From the NCBI GenBank assembly GCA_030265395.1, contig JARFYF010000029.1, positions 24,013,494 to 24,077,493 on the forward strand: a stretch of 64,000 nt of DNA. The letters are read 5' to 3'. The position numbers were made by a program, and so were the translations under genes. This document shows, in pieces, positions 50,330 through 63,139 of the stretch. Each line of letters starts with the position of its first letter. The stretch's first letter is position 1. A model generated the notes under the pieces. The model saw nothing but the letters and a program-made list of their open reading frames with translations. It was not told where the DNA came from and did no database searches. The DNA comes from Rhina ancylostomus (taxonomy: Eukaryota).

Positions 50330-52155
50330 TTGTCCTTGAGAAGGTGATGCTGAGCCACCTTCTTGAACCACCGTAATCCTTCTGGTGAAGATATACCCAC
50401 AAGGCTGTTGGGGAGAGTGTTCCATGATATAGACCCAGGGGGCGATGAAGGGCCAACGACATAGTTCCAAGAGAGAATGGTGTGCAACCTGGAGGGGACC
50501 TGCAGGTTTTCATGCACCTGTTGCCCTCATCTATCTTGATGGCAGAGGTTGTGGTTTTCAGAGGTACTGTGGGAGAATCCTAGGCAAGTAACTGCAGTGT
50601 GTTTTTGATGGTAGGGGAAATGAATGTTTAGGCTGTTTGATGGGGTCCCAATGAACTGGGTTGCTTTGTCCTGGACAGTGCTGAAATTTGTTGCTACTCA
50701 CACAAAGAGGTGGTATTCCATCACACTGCTGACTTGTGCCACATAGATAGTAGAAAGACCTTGTGCTACAGGGAAGCGAGTCATTCACCAAGCCTTTAAT
50801 CGGCAGCAATAAACATGGTATTTAAGTGGCTGGTCCAGTTTAGCTTCTGGCCAATAGTGGCTCTTCAGGATATGGATAGTTGGAGACTCAGTGGTGGTAA
50901 TGCCACTGAATGCCAAGGGTAGGCAGTTAGAATCTTTCCTGTTGGAGATGATCAGCGCCTGGTACTTACTGGCCCATGTCTGAATGTTGTCTAGGTCTTG
51001 CTGCCTACATGGGTAGCTTTATTTGCTGAGGAGCTATGAATAGAATTGGACATTATGCAACCATCAGTGAATATCCCCACCTCTGACCTTGTTGTGGAAG
51101 AAAGATAATTGATGAAGGTGAAGATGTTTGTACTTAGACCACTGCCCTGAGGAACTCCTGCAGTGATGTCTCGAGGCTAGGATGATTGATTTCCAATGAC
51201 TACAACCTAGTGCAAGGTACAATTCCAAACACGACAGCGTTTTCCCTTTGCTGCCCACTGACTTCAGTTTTACCAGGGCATCATGATACCACACTCAGTG
51301 AAGTGTAGTCACTCTCACCTCACCTTTGCATTTCAGTTCTTCAGTCCATGTTTCAACCAATACCGTAATGCAGACTGGAGCTAAGTGGTCCAGCAAAACA
51401 CAAACTTAGCATCAGTGAATAAGCTATTGGTGTGTAAGTGCCACTTGATAACACAGATAACAGCTTCCATCAATCTGATGATGATGGAGAGCACATTGAT
51501 TGGGCCACAATTAACCAGATTGGAATGTCCTGTTTTTTTCTGACCAGGACAGTTTTCCACATTGCTGGGTGTAGGCCAGCAAAGTACTCCACGGAAACAG
51601 CTTGGCTTGAGGTGCAGCTTGTTCTGAAGCACAAGTCTTCAGTACTACAGCTAGAATGTTGTCTAGTCTAATATTCTTTCCTGTATTAAGTGTTCTCATC
51701 TGCTTCTCGATATCAAGTGGAGTGAATTCACATTGGCTGGAAACTAGCTCCTAGCCTGAAATGGTTGGAAATATGTCAACATTTTCGTTAGCACCCACAT
51801 ATGGGCTTTGTCACAAATAAGGATGGAATTGTTCTTAGCACCTCCTCCTCCTCAAGTTAGTTCTTTAATTGTCCAACACCAGGCACAACAAATGTGGCAG
51901 GACGCAAAGCTTCAACCTGATCTATTGGTTGTGACATCACTTAATTTTGTCTATTGCATGCTACTTAAATATTGTACCATATTGCAGCTTCACTAAGCTG
52001 GCATCTCAATTTTTATGTATGCCTGATACTGCACATAGCCATCCCTTCTGCATTCTTCATTCAACTACGGTTTATCCCCTGGCTGGATAGTAATGGTAGA
52101 GTGAAAGACATCAGGTTACAGATTGTGGTAGCATACATTCTTGCTCCAGCAGCGT
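50330..52155 (-). mobile_element. Old non-LTR retrotransposon RT fragment (CR1/L2/Jockey group)
   Basis: Minus-strand peptides LDNILAVVLKTCASEQAAP, PINVLSIIIRLME, WYHDALVKLKSVGSKGKTL, ITAGVPQGSGL. Frameshifted. Confidence 0.8.
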
Positions 52156-52919
52156 AACCTGGTGTAAAGCAATTTCACGTAATTTATGGATGTCTTTAAG
52201 CCAATGGGAAATTCTTCTTCTCATTTTTCATGGGATTTTTGCTCTTCCTGGCACTTTTTCTCCTGGCCTTAAACTTTCGTAAATCACAAGAGTGGTGCAA
52301 CATGCAAATTTATCTCATTGTGGTCCATATCAATTTTATTTTTACTCATTACTCTTGTCATTATCAATTTACACAAATGTCTAGTTCTACAAACAAATTA
52401 CCTTAAAATCTTTATTATTAATCTCAAATCTTAGGACTAGCTCACATTTCTCTACCTCCGCAATTGCTTCCAAAACTTTGGTCCCCCAGTGTTATCCCTC
52501 TCTCTTCTTTAATAGTGAACTGTTCAGTGACTCTGCTCTGCTTCAAAATGTTCTTCAAGATCATTTTGACTTAGCCTCACTCTGAAATTAATGGCTCAAT
52601 CTCAATTTCTCTGTAAAGCACCTTGAGAAGTTTTAAAACTCCTCCTTCAGTTGTTGAGTTACAACATGCAGCCAGACAACAATAGATTTAAAAATAACAA
52701 ATGTTCAAGAGAAGATCAAATATTATTTTCTCCACACAGCGATGCATTTGTAAATGGATTCATAGGTAAAACAACTGCAGCGGGTTTCTTTTGATGATCA
52801 ACCCTTCCTAACTCTATTTCTCATGTTATAGTATTAAATAACTGGTTTCTTTACAAAGAGAGCACTCATTGTACAATATCAGTGATAGTCAAACAGTATG
52901 TGGAATTCTGTCCTTTTAA

Positions 52920-53190
52920 AAACAACTTGCATTTTTGTAATGCCTTCTCTGTAGTAAATTGTTTCAGGGTTCCAATAGAAATGATATCAGACCAAATCTG
53001 ATACTTGGCCAAATAATGTAATGGTAGAACAAGTGGGAATTAGGGATACCTTAAAAGATAGAGAGATGAACAGGCAGACAGTTGGGGATAACATTCTACA
53101 TCTTAGGGCCACAGCACAGAAAGTGACAATAGGTCAGGCCAGATTTGGAAGCATGCAGAATTTCCTGAATGTTGAAAAGCCAGCGTAGGG
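52920..53190 (-). mobile_element. L2/Deu-SINE-type 3' tail fragment
   Basis: AACAACTTGCATTT...GCCTT...GTAGTAAA motif, also at about 22736-22800. Confidence 0.45.
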
Positions 53191-53219
53191 ATAGACTATG
53201 GCCCAAGCATTTTTAAAAA

Positions 53220-53670
53220 AATATTCATTCAAAGGAAGTGAGCTTTGCAGGCTGAGCCAGCATTTAATTGCCCTCCCCTAGTTGCCATTGGGAAGGTGAT
53301 GTGAGCTGCCTTCTTGAACTGCTGCAGTCCTTAATGCGTGGGTCTGCTCACAATGCTGCTAGGGAGAGAGTTCTTGGATTTTGACCCAGCAGTGAAGGAA
53401 CGGTGATAATATTTCCCAGTCAGGATGGTGTGTGGCTTGGAGGGCAACTTCCAGGTGTTGGTGGTTCCCATGCTTTTGCTGCCCTTGTCACTCTAGATGG
53501 TAAAAGTGTGGGTTTGGAAGGTGCTGTCGAAGGAGTCATGGCAAGTTACCGCAGTGCATCCTGTGGATGGTACAAACTGCTGCTACGTGCGTCAGTGGTG
53601 GAGTGAATGGAAGGGGTGCCTCTCATGCAGGCTGCAATGTCCTGTATGGTGGCAAGTTTCTCGTGTGCAA
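53220..53670 (-). mobile_element. 3' end of the same LINE family as 50330-52155
   Basis: CCAGCATTTAATTGCCC...GAAGGTGATGTGAGCTGCCTTCTTGAACTGCTGCAGTCC...CAGTCAGGATGGTGTGTGGCTTGGAGGG. Confidence 0.7.
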
Positions 53671-54988
53671 GCATGAAAATGGGTATTTTAATACAGGAGC
53701 AATTATTAGTCAGTGAACATTAGGCTGTGAGGGATAATGTTAATTGGGTTCTGAGCAGCACAACTTTTGAATGAGTTCAATTAAAACAATAAAGGCTCCT
53801 TTTTAAGGCTCAGGTTGTTAAGGAAAAGATAAATGGGTTTACACAGCCTCATGTACAGACTTTCAGAGAACAAATATGCAAATTGTAATGCTCACCTCAG
53901 ATCTCAGAACCATTTCAAAGCAATATCTGATGAGCTGATGTATCATCTTTAATACATTAATACCACGTGTTCCGTGGCACTAGTCAAGGCAAATTGTGTG
54001 CTATATTATAAAAGGGCCAGAACCAGACATAAAAAGGGGATCACTTCTGCTCACCACTCCGGTTGTAAATGGAGTGGATCATCTGATGCAGCTGATCTTC
54101 ATTTGAAGTGTGTATAAATAGGTTAAGGTGGTGAGATTGCCTGCTAGTTAAGAAAAAGCACCAAAAATGACCTGAGTTTCACATATGTTTGTTGCTAATT
54201 CCACTAACTTACTTTCTAACAGTGCATGTTGTTCATGTCTACAACCTCTAAAACAGTTGCTTGATTTTCAGTTCTGATAAAGAGTTTACCACTTAATTGT
54301 TAATGCCTTTTCTCTTTATAGATTGAAACACAAATGTGAATTTCCAATCCGTGTTCTAAAAGGTGTCGAACACTTCAGAGCCAAGTCTCTACATTTCGTT
54401 AACATTTCTTGACAGCATAAATTCTGTCTGGTCAAATGTCAATAGCTCAAAGAAACAAAAAAATCCCTTGCCAAATGTTTGATATATAATTATGTACAGT
54501 ATGGACAGCCTGCCTGTAACATGATACATCCTACACTTATTTAAGAAGAGTATCAATTTAGATGGATTGCCCCGTGTTACAGAACCATTGATTTGTTTTA
54601 TGATCCAGAATTCTGCTTAAACTGCAAACTATGCATTCCAAAAAAAACCAGTAAGGGACCCCCTCACTATAACAAGTCCAGGAACAAAATATTGTCAAAA
54701 TTAGTACAAACTACATCTTTCTATAACAAGTTAGCACATAATTTCAAACAATTGGAAGTATACTTAATAATAAAGTCTGTGAATGTTTTGGAATGCTAAT
54801 TGAGATGCAGTTAATTGGGTACAATGATTTGTTCATCTAGATTTACTTTAGATTACCATTTTGCAACTTTATGTTCCAGTCTTTTTTGAAAACTTAGTGT
54901 AAATATATATGCAGGCATTAACATAAATGAATCTTGTGTTTTTGTACAAGAATGAACGCATGACTATACTTTGTCTGATGAAAAAAAA

Positions 54989-55003
54989 TCTTTTTTTTTG
55001 TAG
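54989..55003 (+). other. Splice acceptor of the LRRN3 coding exon; exon starts at 55004 with a 328-nt 5' UTR portion
   Basis: TCTTTTTTTTTGTAG|G with an upstream branch-point-like CTGAT at about 54975. Confidence 0.7.
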
Positions 55004-55331
55004 GCAATTCTACTCATTATAAAGGACATTCAAGAAAATTGGACAGATAACAGGAAAATAAATGACATGCATTATCTCCCAAAAGTCTGCAGGGTTTTGT
55101 CCTAGTTCATCAATTACACTTCACAAAAGGTTGAACAGTCTTCACGTGCTCAGTGTGCATGGCATTTTTGGACAAGGTAATTGAAAGGACAGGGAACCTG
55201 CCACTCAAATGGAATATATGTGATTGCAAATGTGCAGTGCTTGGTAACAAATGATCTGGTGATTAAGCTTAACTGCAGTAATTACAGAATCTTTAAAAGA
55301 TCTATTACTGTGCAGAGGGAACCAATTCAAG

Positions 55332-57461
55332 ATGAAGGATGTATCATTCAATGCTTATTTTTTTATATGGCTTGTAGTTACTGCAATAGTGCAAACTGTA
55401 GGGAGAAATATGGACTGCCCAAAGTTATGTATTTGTGAAATCAGACCATGGTTCACACCAAGATCCACATACATGGAAGCTCCTACAACAGACTGCAATG
55501 ATTTAAATCTAGCAGTACTGCCACAAATATTTCCAACTGAGACACAGGTTTTGTTGCTGCAGAGTAATAATATTTCAAAAATCGAGAACAAAATAGACTA
55601 CTTGACCAACCTTACAGAGATAGATTTATCCCAAAACAATTTTTTAGCTATCCATGACATTAATCTAGGAAAAATGCTTCAGCTACTGTCTCTGCACTTA
55701 GAAGAAAATAAGCTCAATGAATTGCCTGACAACTGCTTGCTTGAACTCAACAGTCTGCAAGAACTTTATGTTAATCATAACCAGATTTCCAGCATTGCAT
55801 CAGGTGCATTTACAGGTCTTGATAATCTTCTCAGACTCCATCTTAATTCTAACCAATTGACAATGATTAAGAGCAAGTGGTTTGAGGCTATCCAAAGCTT
55901 GGAGATTCTAACAATAGGAGAAAACCCTATTTCTCGAATTCAAGACATGAGCTTCAAACCTCTCAACAATCTGCGAAGTCTGGTCTTAGCTGGAATGGAA
56001 CTCTCGGAATTGGGAGAGAATACTTTGATTGGCCTAAATAAGTTGGAAAGCATTTCTTTTTATGACAACAGACTTATCAGTGTTCCCAATGCAGCTCTTC
56101 AGAAAGTACCTAATCTCAAATTTTTGGATTTGAATAAAAATCCTATTCAGAGAATACAACGAGGGGATTTCAGAAATATGTTGCACTTGAAAGAGTTGGG
56201 CATTAACAACATGGCAGAATTGGTTTCCATTGACTGTCTTGCCCTTGATAATTTGCCTGAACTAACAAAAATTGAAGCTACGAACAACCCAAAGCTTTCA
56301 TATATTCATCCAAACGCATTTTACAGAGCACCCCAACTCGAAACATTAATGCTTAACAGCAATGCACTAAGTACCCTCTACAGGGGCACAGTGGAATCTT
56401 TGCCCAAATTGCAGGAAATCAGCATACACAGTAATCCAATCAGATGTGATTGTGTAATTCGCTGGATTAACATGAATAAAACACGTATTCGATTTATGGA
56501 GCCACAGTCTTTATTTTGTTTTGACCCACCAGAATTCAAAGGTCAGCACGTTCGAGAAATTCCTTTCAGAGAAATGACAGATATGTGCCTTCCATTAATA
56601 GCTGCGGAATGTTTTCCTTCGGAAATAAATTTGAACAGCGGAAGCTCAGCATCTCTGCACTGTCGAGCTACAGGGCAGCCAGAGCCTGAAATCTACTGGA
56701 TCACACCATCTGGTGATAAACTTCTTCCCAACACTGCAACTGCTAAATACAATGTACACCTTGAAGGAACACTGGCAATTTTTAACATAAGCAACAAGGA
56801 AGCAGGCTTGTATACTTGTGTCGCACATAATTTGGTTGGAGCAGATTTGAGAACGATTGTCATAACAGTGAATGGATCATTTCCACCATCTGTAAATGAA
56901 ACAATGAATATTGGAATAAAAGAAGTAGCGGCACATTCTATCGTGGTCACCTGGAAGGCCATTTCAAATAGTGTGTCATCTAAAATTAAATGGTCTGCCA
57001 AAATGGATTTCGATAATCCCAAAATTACTTACACAGCCAGAGTTCCAACAGATATACATACATATAACCTAACACGCCTGAAACCATCAACTGAATATGA
57101 GGTATGTATTTATATAATTAACATTAATCAACAAATGGAAAAGAAATGCCTCAACGTCACTACTAAAGGATTAGTGTTGCCAGTAAAATCAAACAGGAAA
57201 AGTCCGACCTCAGCATTTATAGCTGCCCTTGGTGCCATCTTTGGTACGATTAGCATGACATGCCTTTACTTGTGTGTGACTTGGAAGATGAAGTACAATT
57301 TTGGGCACAGTCGTTTAGAAAAGTATGTACAGAATAAAGCAACATTTCCCTTAAACAAATTTTATCCTCCACTTGTAAATCTTTGGGACAAAGAAAAAAC
57401 AAAGGATGGGCCACTGGAACTTAAAGCCACTGTAATAGATGTATCAGCAAACTGTTCATAA
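55332..57461 (+). CDS. LRRN3: Leucine-rich repeat neuronal protein 3 (NLRR-3), 709 aa, single coding exon
   Basis: Signal peptide; LRRNT CPKLCICEIRPWFTPRS; LRR array with RGD; LRRCT NPIRCDC; Ig domain (LHCRA...YWITPSG...GLYTCVA); FN3 (YNLTRLKPSTEYEVC); TM AFIAALGAIFGTISMTCLYLCV. The MKD start and the YPPLVNLW...LKATVI tail favour LRRN3 over LRRN1 and LRRN2. Confidence 0.93.
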   Translation: MKDVSFNAYFFIWLVVTAIVQTVGRNMDCPKLCICEIRPWFTPRSTYMEAPTTDCNDLNLAVLPQIFPTETQVLLLQSNNISKIENKIDYLTNLTEIDLSQNNFLAIHDINLGKMLQLLSLHLEENKLNELPDNCLLELNSLQELYVNHNQISSIASGAFTGLDNLLRLHLNSNQLTMIKSKWFEAIQSLEILTIGENPISRIQDMSFKPLNNLRSLVLAGMELSELGENTLIGLNKLESISFYDNRLISVPNAALQKVPNLKFLDLNKNPIQRIQRGDFRNMLHLKELGINNMAELVSIDCLALDNLPELTKIEATNNPKLSYIHPNAFYRAPQLETLMLNSNALSTLYRGTVESLPKLQEISIHSNPIRCDCVIRWINMNKTRIRFMEPQSLFCFDPPEFKGQHVREIPFREMTDMCLPLIAAECFPSEINLNSGSSASLHCRATGQPEPEIYWITPSGDKLLPNTATAKYNVHLEGTLAIFNISNKEAGLYTCVAHNLVGADLRTIVITVNGSFPPSVNETMNIGIKEVAAHSIVVTWKAISNSVSSKIKWSAKMDFDNPKITYTARVPTDIHTYNLTRLKPSTEYEVCIYIININQQMEKKCLNVTTKGLVLPVKSNRKSPTSAFIAALGAIFGTISMTCLYLCVTWKMKYNFGHSRLEKYVQNKATFPLNKFYPPLVNLWDKEKTKDGPLELKATVIDVSANCS

Positions 57462-58016
57462 AACTTTTTGTACAACAAAATGTAAAAACAAAAAAAGCCA
57501 GTTGTAACTGGACTGCTTTTAAATGTTGGGTACAAAAGAACACAAAAAGCACAGATCCTGCTCACAGTACTAACTCATAGGGAGTAGGAGAAACACGATC
57601 TCCTACACAGTGCATTTTTCATATGATGGACTGACATGCACCAACACTAACAAGGTGGATTGGTGAGGGTCTAGCTCCTTAAAGAATGACAAGAAAAAGA
57701 AACACTCACCAGCCAGTATGAGTTGTAACAACCTAACATTTACTCTGTTAATGTGAAACTGCTCACTTCAGTCAAAAAGATATGGTACAAATGGCACACT
57801 GATGTTTGGTCAAGGCTAAAAGCATTTTTCCTGTATTTAACTATGTAATGTGTAACAGTAGTGGACTGTACTAGTGGTTTCTGAGCAATACCTCCTGTTC
57901 CAGTTTACTCAATACTTTAGATGGCAGGTGTTTAGAAGCTGGGCAGTTAAAAATAGAATGTCACGTGGTGTTGCTGAATGGATGCAATCCGTTAGACTAG
58001 ATCGCACAACGAGTAA

Positions 58017-58022
58017 AATAAA
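58017..58022 (+). terminator. Candidate LRRN3 polyadenylation signal
   Basis: AATAAA about 555 nt after the stop. It is duplicated across the gap at about 58142, and another lies at about 58190. Confidence 0.45.
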
Positions 58023-59724
58023 TATNNNNNNNNNNNNNNNNNNNNNNNNNNNNNNNNNNNNNNNNNNNNNNNNNNNNNNNNNNNNNNNNNNNNNNNNNNN
58101 NNNNNNNNNNNNNNNNNNNNNNNNNATCGCACAACGATTAAAATAAATATGTGAAATGGATTTTTTTGGAAACAAGATGAACATTTTTGAATAAACTCAC
58201 AATTATGTCTGGTTGACTTTTAAAGTGTTGTAAATATTTTTCTAATCTGATGGTATGCTGTCACTAAACTACAAAAACTTATTTAAAACAAGCATAAAAG
58301 AGCTAAAGATGGATTTTAGTTTCATCTAATTGGCACATCACCCTGAAATAATAGGTGACTTGTGGCTTTTTCTATTATTATTCAGGTGAGACAAAGCATG
58401 TAATTTTTTTCATTAACTGAAGTTCAACCACATTCCAAACTCACTTCAATTTCATTCACCTCACTATACATAAGCTCAACTCTTTAAAAAAGCACAAGTA
58501 TTTCCCACATTTCACTTTTAGGATCTGATATTCAATTATCATGATATAATTTTTCCAGTCAGGCTATATTTTCAGAGAACTAGTGCATTTTTGGAGACGC
58601 AAGTTTTAAGTTCTCAAAGAATCTATATTTTAAAAATGTTAATGTGTTTTCCGCACACCCCTCCAAATATAAAATTCACTAAATTGATAAATCACAAAAT
58701 TGACAAATCACCATTTCTCACAACACGACATGAGAATTTATCAGGTAGACATGCTCATACATCACTACAGATTTCAGCACCTTGGTCAAAGCTTTCAGAA
58801 TCAGGCGATTTGTCAAAGGTATGAGATTTAAAATACAACCTATCACAATGCAGGCACTGAACAGGTCAGCAGGAACTTGTTCACATATCTTACATTTTCC
58901 CTTCTCTTTTTTACTTGTTTTTAATGGCAAGAGTTCAAAAGGTACAAAAGATAGGCTGCTAGATATGTCATTTCTGTGAATAAAAGGCACCAAAGCTATT
59001 CTATGCCAATCACAACATTGATAAATATCACAAAAACTGCATTAATTCAATAAAAATAAAACAATGCTCATTCAACTTATTTGTATTTTAATTGCCTAGA
59101 GATACAATTTACTACCTTTTGCTGCAATGCTTTGCAACTCCTCAGTTCACAAACAAACAGCAAATAAAAGTAGCTAAAACTCACAATAATCAAATTTCAT
59201 TTACAGCAACATAAAAATGTTGGCTTCTTATCCAGCTGATAAGGCTTTCTCTGTGCAAATATACGGTGCATTATGAAACTGTTTTGGGGACATCCATATT
59301 TTCCTTCAGTTTCTTCTCCCCTAATTTTAACTCCTTTTGGGGTGCAGTTCTCTAGAAACCTGTGTGTATTTTAGTAACTTTCTCATATTCAAGAGGAAAA
59401 TAACAAATTGCCTTATTAAACAGAAGAACTTGCAGAAAGGCAGGCAACATTTCAACTGTGTGCCTTCTCCCACACAGGTAAGCCAGTTCTGCCCATTTCT
59501 ACACCAAAATATTTGTTAAAGCATACAGAATGCAGTTGGCCATATGCTACAATTTTCAAGAGTGTATATGCTGTTTATGAATAAGCTCTCTCTCCCTATT
59601 AATAATGAGGAGCAAAAGATAAACATTCAAAGTAACTGCAGCATCTATGTTTTCTTTAGCACAACCTCCTCCAGTTCCTTGGATCTACTGACTTATCATA
59701 AGACAATCCACCACGTTCAGGTGC

Positions 59725-60500
59725 CAGTCTAGAAAACCTGCTCTGAACATCTCACCTTAATCAAGGACAGCGTTCCAGCAGTGGCCTCACTAATTCCCTA
59801 TTAACTGAATCATAATCTCTCTACTTTTGTATTCAATTCCCCTTCCAATAACTGAAAACATTTTGTTAGCTTTCCTAATCACTTGCTGTATCTACATATT
59901 AGTGCTTTGTGAATCATGCACAGATGCCTCAGTACCTCAGAGCTCTACAACTCTCATTTTGATAATATGCTGCCAAAATGGACAATTTTACACTTTCCAA
60001 CAATATACTCCATTTGCCAGAATCTTGCCCACTCATTTAACCTTACTATATCATTTTGCAACTTCCTTATGCCCTCTTCACAACTTACNNNNNNNNNNNN
60101 NNNNNNNNNNNNNNNNNNNNNNNNNNNNNNNNNNNNNNNNNNNNNNNNNNNNNNNNNNNNNNNNNNNNNNNNNNNNNNNNNNNNNNNNGGCCCAATGAGT
60201 CCACACCGCCCATTTTAAACCCCAAATTAACTTACCCATACGTCTTTAGAATGTGGGAGGAAACCAGAGCAAACCCACGCAGACACGGGAGAACAGACAA
60301 ACTCCTTACAGACAGCGACAGGAATTGAACCCAGATCGCTGGTGCCGTGATAGCGTCCCGCTACGCTACCATGCCGCCCAAATTTGTTGGCCAACCAAAC
60401 TTTCATCCATTCCAATATGTTACCTCCTACACCACAAGCTTTTATTTTCTGCAATAATCTGCATCAAATACCTTTTGGAAATCTTAGTACATTTGTCAGT
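59725..60500 (-). mobile_element. CR1 LINE fragment interrupted by a V-SINE and a gap
   Basis: Minus-strand peptide MQKIKACGVGGNILEWMKVWLAN at 60380-60455. CR1-type sequence continues at 59725-60088. Confidence 0.7.
60190..60380 (-). mobile_element. HE1-like V-SINE (tRNA-derived)
   Basis: GAATGTGGGAGGAAACCAGAGC...ACCCACGCAGACACGGGAGAACAGACAAACTCC (V domain) and a tRNA B-box-like GGAATTGAACCC. Confidence 0.8.
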
Positions 60501-61189
60501 CCCTTTATTTGCAGCATTTACCAATTATTAATAAGCTAAAGATACGTGGCATTGCTATTACATGCCTACCACGACACAGATCTCAGCATCTGAGGTGGAA
60601 ATATTTGTAGCAGCTCATAGACACTATAAGCCGCATAATACAAGTCTTAATGTGAATCCCTTTGACAACTGTAGTATGCAACAACACATTTTAGAGTACC
60701 TCTCAAATAGACACAGAAAGTGGAAATAAAGAATTGAAGACCAATAGAGATAACAGATAGAACAAAAAGTAAATGGAAATATATAACATAAATAAAGATA
60801 GAAAGAGACAGCAAAAACCAAGGACAAAAATAAAAATGCAGAGAGGCAGACATAAATAGTAAGTAGGGCACAAGCAGAAAGTATCTTGTGTTTTATTTCT
60901 GACACAGCACAAAGCCACAAGACGCCAACTAGTTTATTATAAGAAAGGAGTATATTCAAAGCAGCAGCATATCTCATGTTAATAAACTTATATCACTTCA
61001 ACTGCCTCAAACTCATACCAGTCAGCATATTAGTCCTCTTAATAGGTTATCAAATATGGAACTATATTCTGCAAGAGCCAACATAAGAAAAAAAAGGGAT
61101 AAAAAGCAGGAAGGTATGGACAAAGAAAACTCTCAAATTAAATGGAAATTAATTTGGCTATCCTAGTTTAGTTATGTTAAAGCAGAATT

Positions 61190-61920
61190 CTGCATCTAAG
61201 TTAGTAGCAGGCCACTCATCCCTCAAGCCTGCGCCACCATTTAATAAGATCATTGCTGATTTAACTTCAATCTCAACTCTGCATTCTCATCTACCTGTAG
61301 CAACCTTTCACCTCAGTATCTTCAATAATTTAATTCAATAATAATCTTCAAAATATTCCAAATCTCTGCTTTCACTGCCCTTTGAGGAAGAGGGTGGCAG
61401 GGTTACACAGCCCGAGGTTAGGTGCTGCGTGAAGTTTGCATATTCTCTCCACATGGGCTTCTGTCACGTGTTCTGGTTTCCTCTCACATTCTTAATATAT
61501 TTTGGTGGGTTAAATAATTACTGCAAGTTATCTCTAGTGCAAATTCTTTGACAAAAGAATTAAAAATGGGAGTTAATTGGCATGCAAGAGAGAATAAGTT
61601 GTAGGTCTACAGGTGTGAGGAGGAGGAGGAGGAGGAGAAGGGGACTGACAGGATTGCTCTGTTAGAGCTGGTGAGAGGCTGATCAGCTAAATGGCATCTT
61701 TCTGTACCGTGATAAAGTAAGAGTTCCAAAGACTTGTGACATTCTGAACAAAAACTTTTACCTCATCTCCAACCCAAATTTTTAAACAATGACCCTTGGC
61801 TCTTCATTCTCCCACAAATGGAAACATCCTCTCCATATCTACCTTGTCAAGGCCCCCTCAAGATCTCACTAGTCCCCTCTCTCTTCTAATCTCCAGTGGA
61901 TATAACCCTTTCCTCATAGG
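61190..61920 (-). mobile_element. CR1 3' fragment split by a + strand V-SINE (about 61415-61720)
   Basis: GCAGGCCACTCATCCCTCAAGCCTG...TTTGAGGAAGAG|...GAGTTCCAAAGACT. The insert carries GAAGTTTGCATATTCTCTCC...CTGGTTTCCTCTCACAT and a (GGA)n run. Confidence 0.65.
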
Positions 61921-62610
61921 ACAATTTTATATCTGTGCTAGTATGTTATCTCCTACACATGAACTTTTATTTTCCATACAAACTTCAATATACGATACTT
62001 TAGCAACTCTGATTTCTGGAATGCATAATGTACATAATGAGTGGTGTTTTGTGGATTTAGGGTCACTTGGAAGATATAAACCAAGATTACACAATATAGT
62101 GCCAGTTTGATAATAATGTGAATTTTGGAGGACAACTTTAATACCTGCATCACACGTGACCCATGTTATAAGTGAAACAAATATTTTGGAATCTCTCTTT
62201 CTTCAAAGGTCTGCACCTTAGTTCCATTTCCATTACATGGCCCCACATCCCAATGCCCTCACCCAACACTTCAATGCTCAAGTGCTTTACACACATTAGC
62301 ACGCACATACAATTAGCTTGAACAGATTTCCCCAATATCCCCCCACCCCACCAATTCTCTCTACATAATCTCTATCACTGCATCCACGGCTATAGTTTGT
62401 GGAACAGATCCTCAGTGCAGAATCACTGATCCTTTTCTGGAATCTATTTCTCGCTCCTTAGTAATATCATTGTCAGGGAGACTTAGGTGAACAAAGGTCC
62501 ATTCCATTCTACTGGGAATATTAATATTACCCTGGAATAACTGTGAACAAACTGAGAATATTGAAGCCATAAAATCCCACTTAATTATACATGGCAGGAA
62601 ATAAAAGCAA

Positions 62611-62845
62611 ACACACCAACTCTCTGTGGGGACTGGATTCCACACACACTGACAGTCCCTAAGGAACAGGGCCCACACACACATCAATTCTACCTACTGT
62701 ACAGGGCTCGTGCACTAGCTCTCACTGGGTACAGTTCCACAGACAGTAACTCTTAATAGAATACGTATCTCACAGACACCAACTCTCACTGGGTGACAGA
62801 CCTACAGATATTGACTGACTTTAGTATGGGCCCAAAAGACACGAT
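62611..62845. repeat. Degenerate minisatellite, unit about 30-35 bp
   Basis: Recurring ACAC(A)C..ACTCTCACTGGGT.CAG..CC.CA units (e.g. at 62718 and 62780). Confidence 0.6.
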
Positions 62846-63139
62846 TCTTATGACTCCATATTTGCCTTTATTAGAATCCATTTGCCAAGACCTTGTACAG
62901 TAATTTAGCCCATTAATTTCTCAGTGTAAATATAATGCAATCTAATAAAGTTAATAAAATTAGAGAACACAACAACATAATGTACCTGCGCATAGTGGAC
63001 TGCAGCCTTTGCCTTCTATATGGCAAAGAAATAACAATATCCACCTTGGGGAACATGATAACCTCCCTGAAAAGTCTGAAGCTGTGATAAGATGAAACAC
63101 ATTACATCAAAGTTGCACTGTAGTTCTTTAGCTGTCGAT

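Noticed and set aside
58001-58150. 25-bp repeat ATCGCACAACGA.TAAAATAAATAT on both sides of a gap in the LRRN3 3' UTR
   Set aside because: Probably overlapping contig ends or alleles differing by one SNP, not a real duplication.
62611-62845. CRISPR-like repeat-spacer appearance
   Set aside because: Vertebrate context, degenerate units with no constant repeat and unique spacers, and no cas genes.
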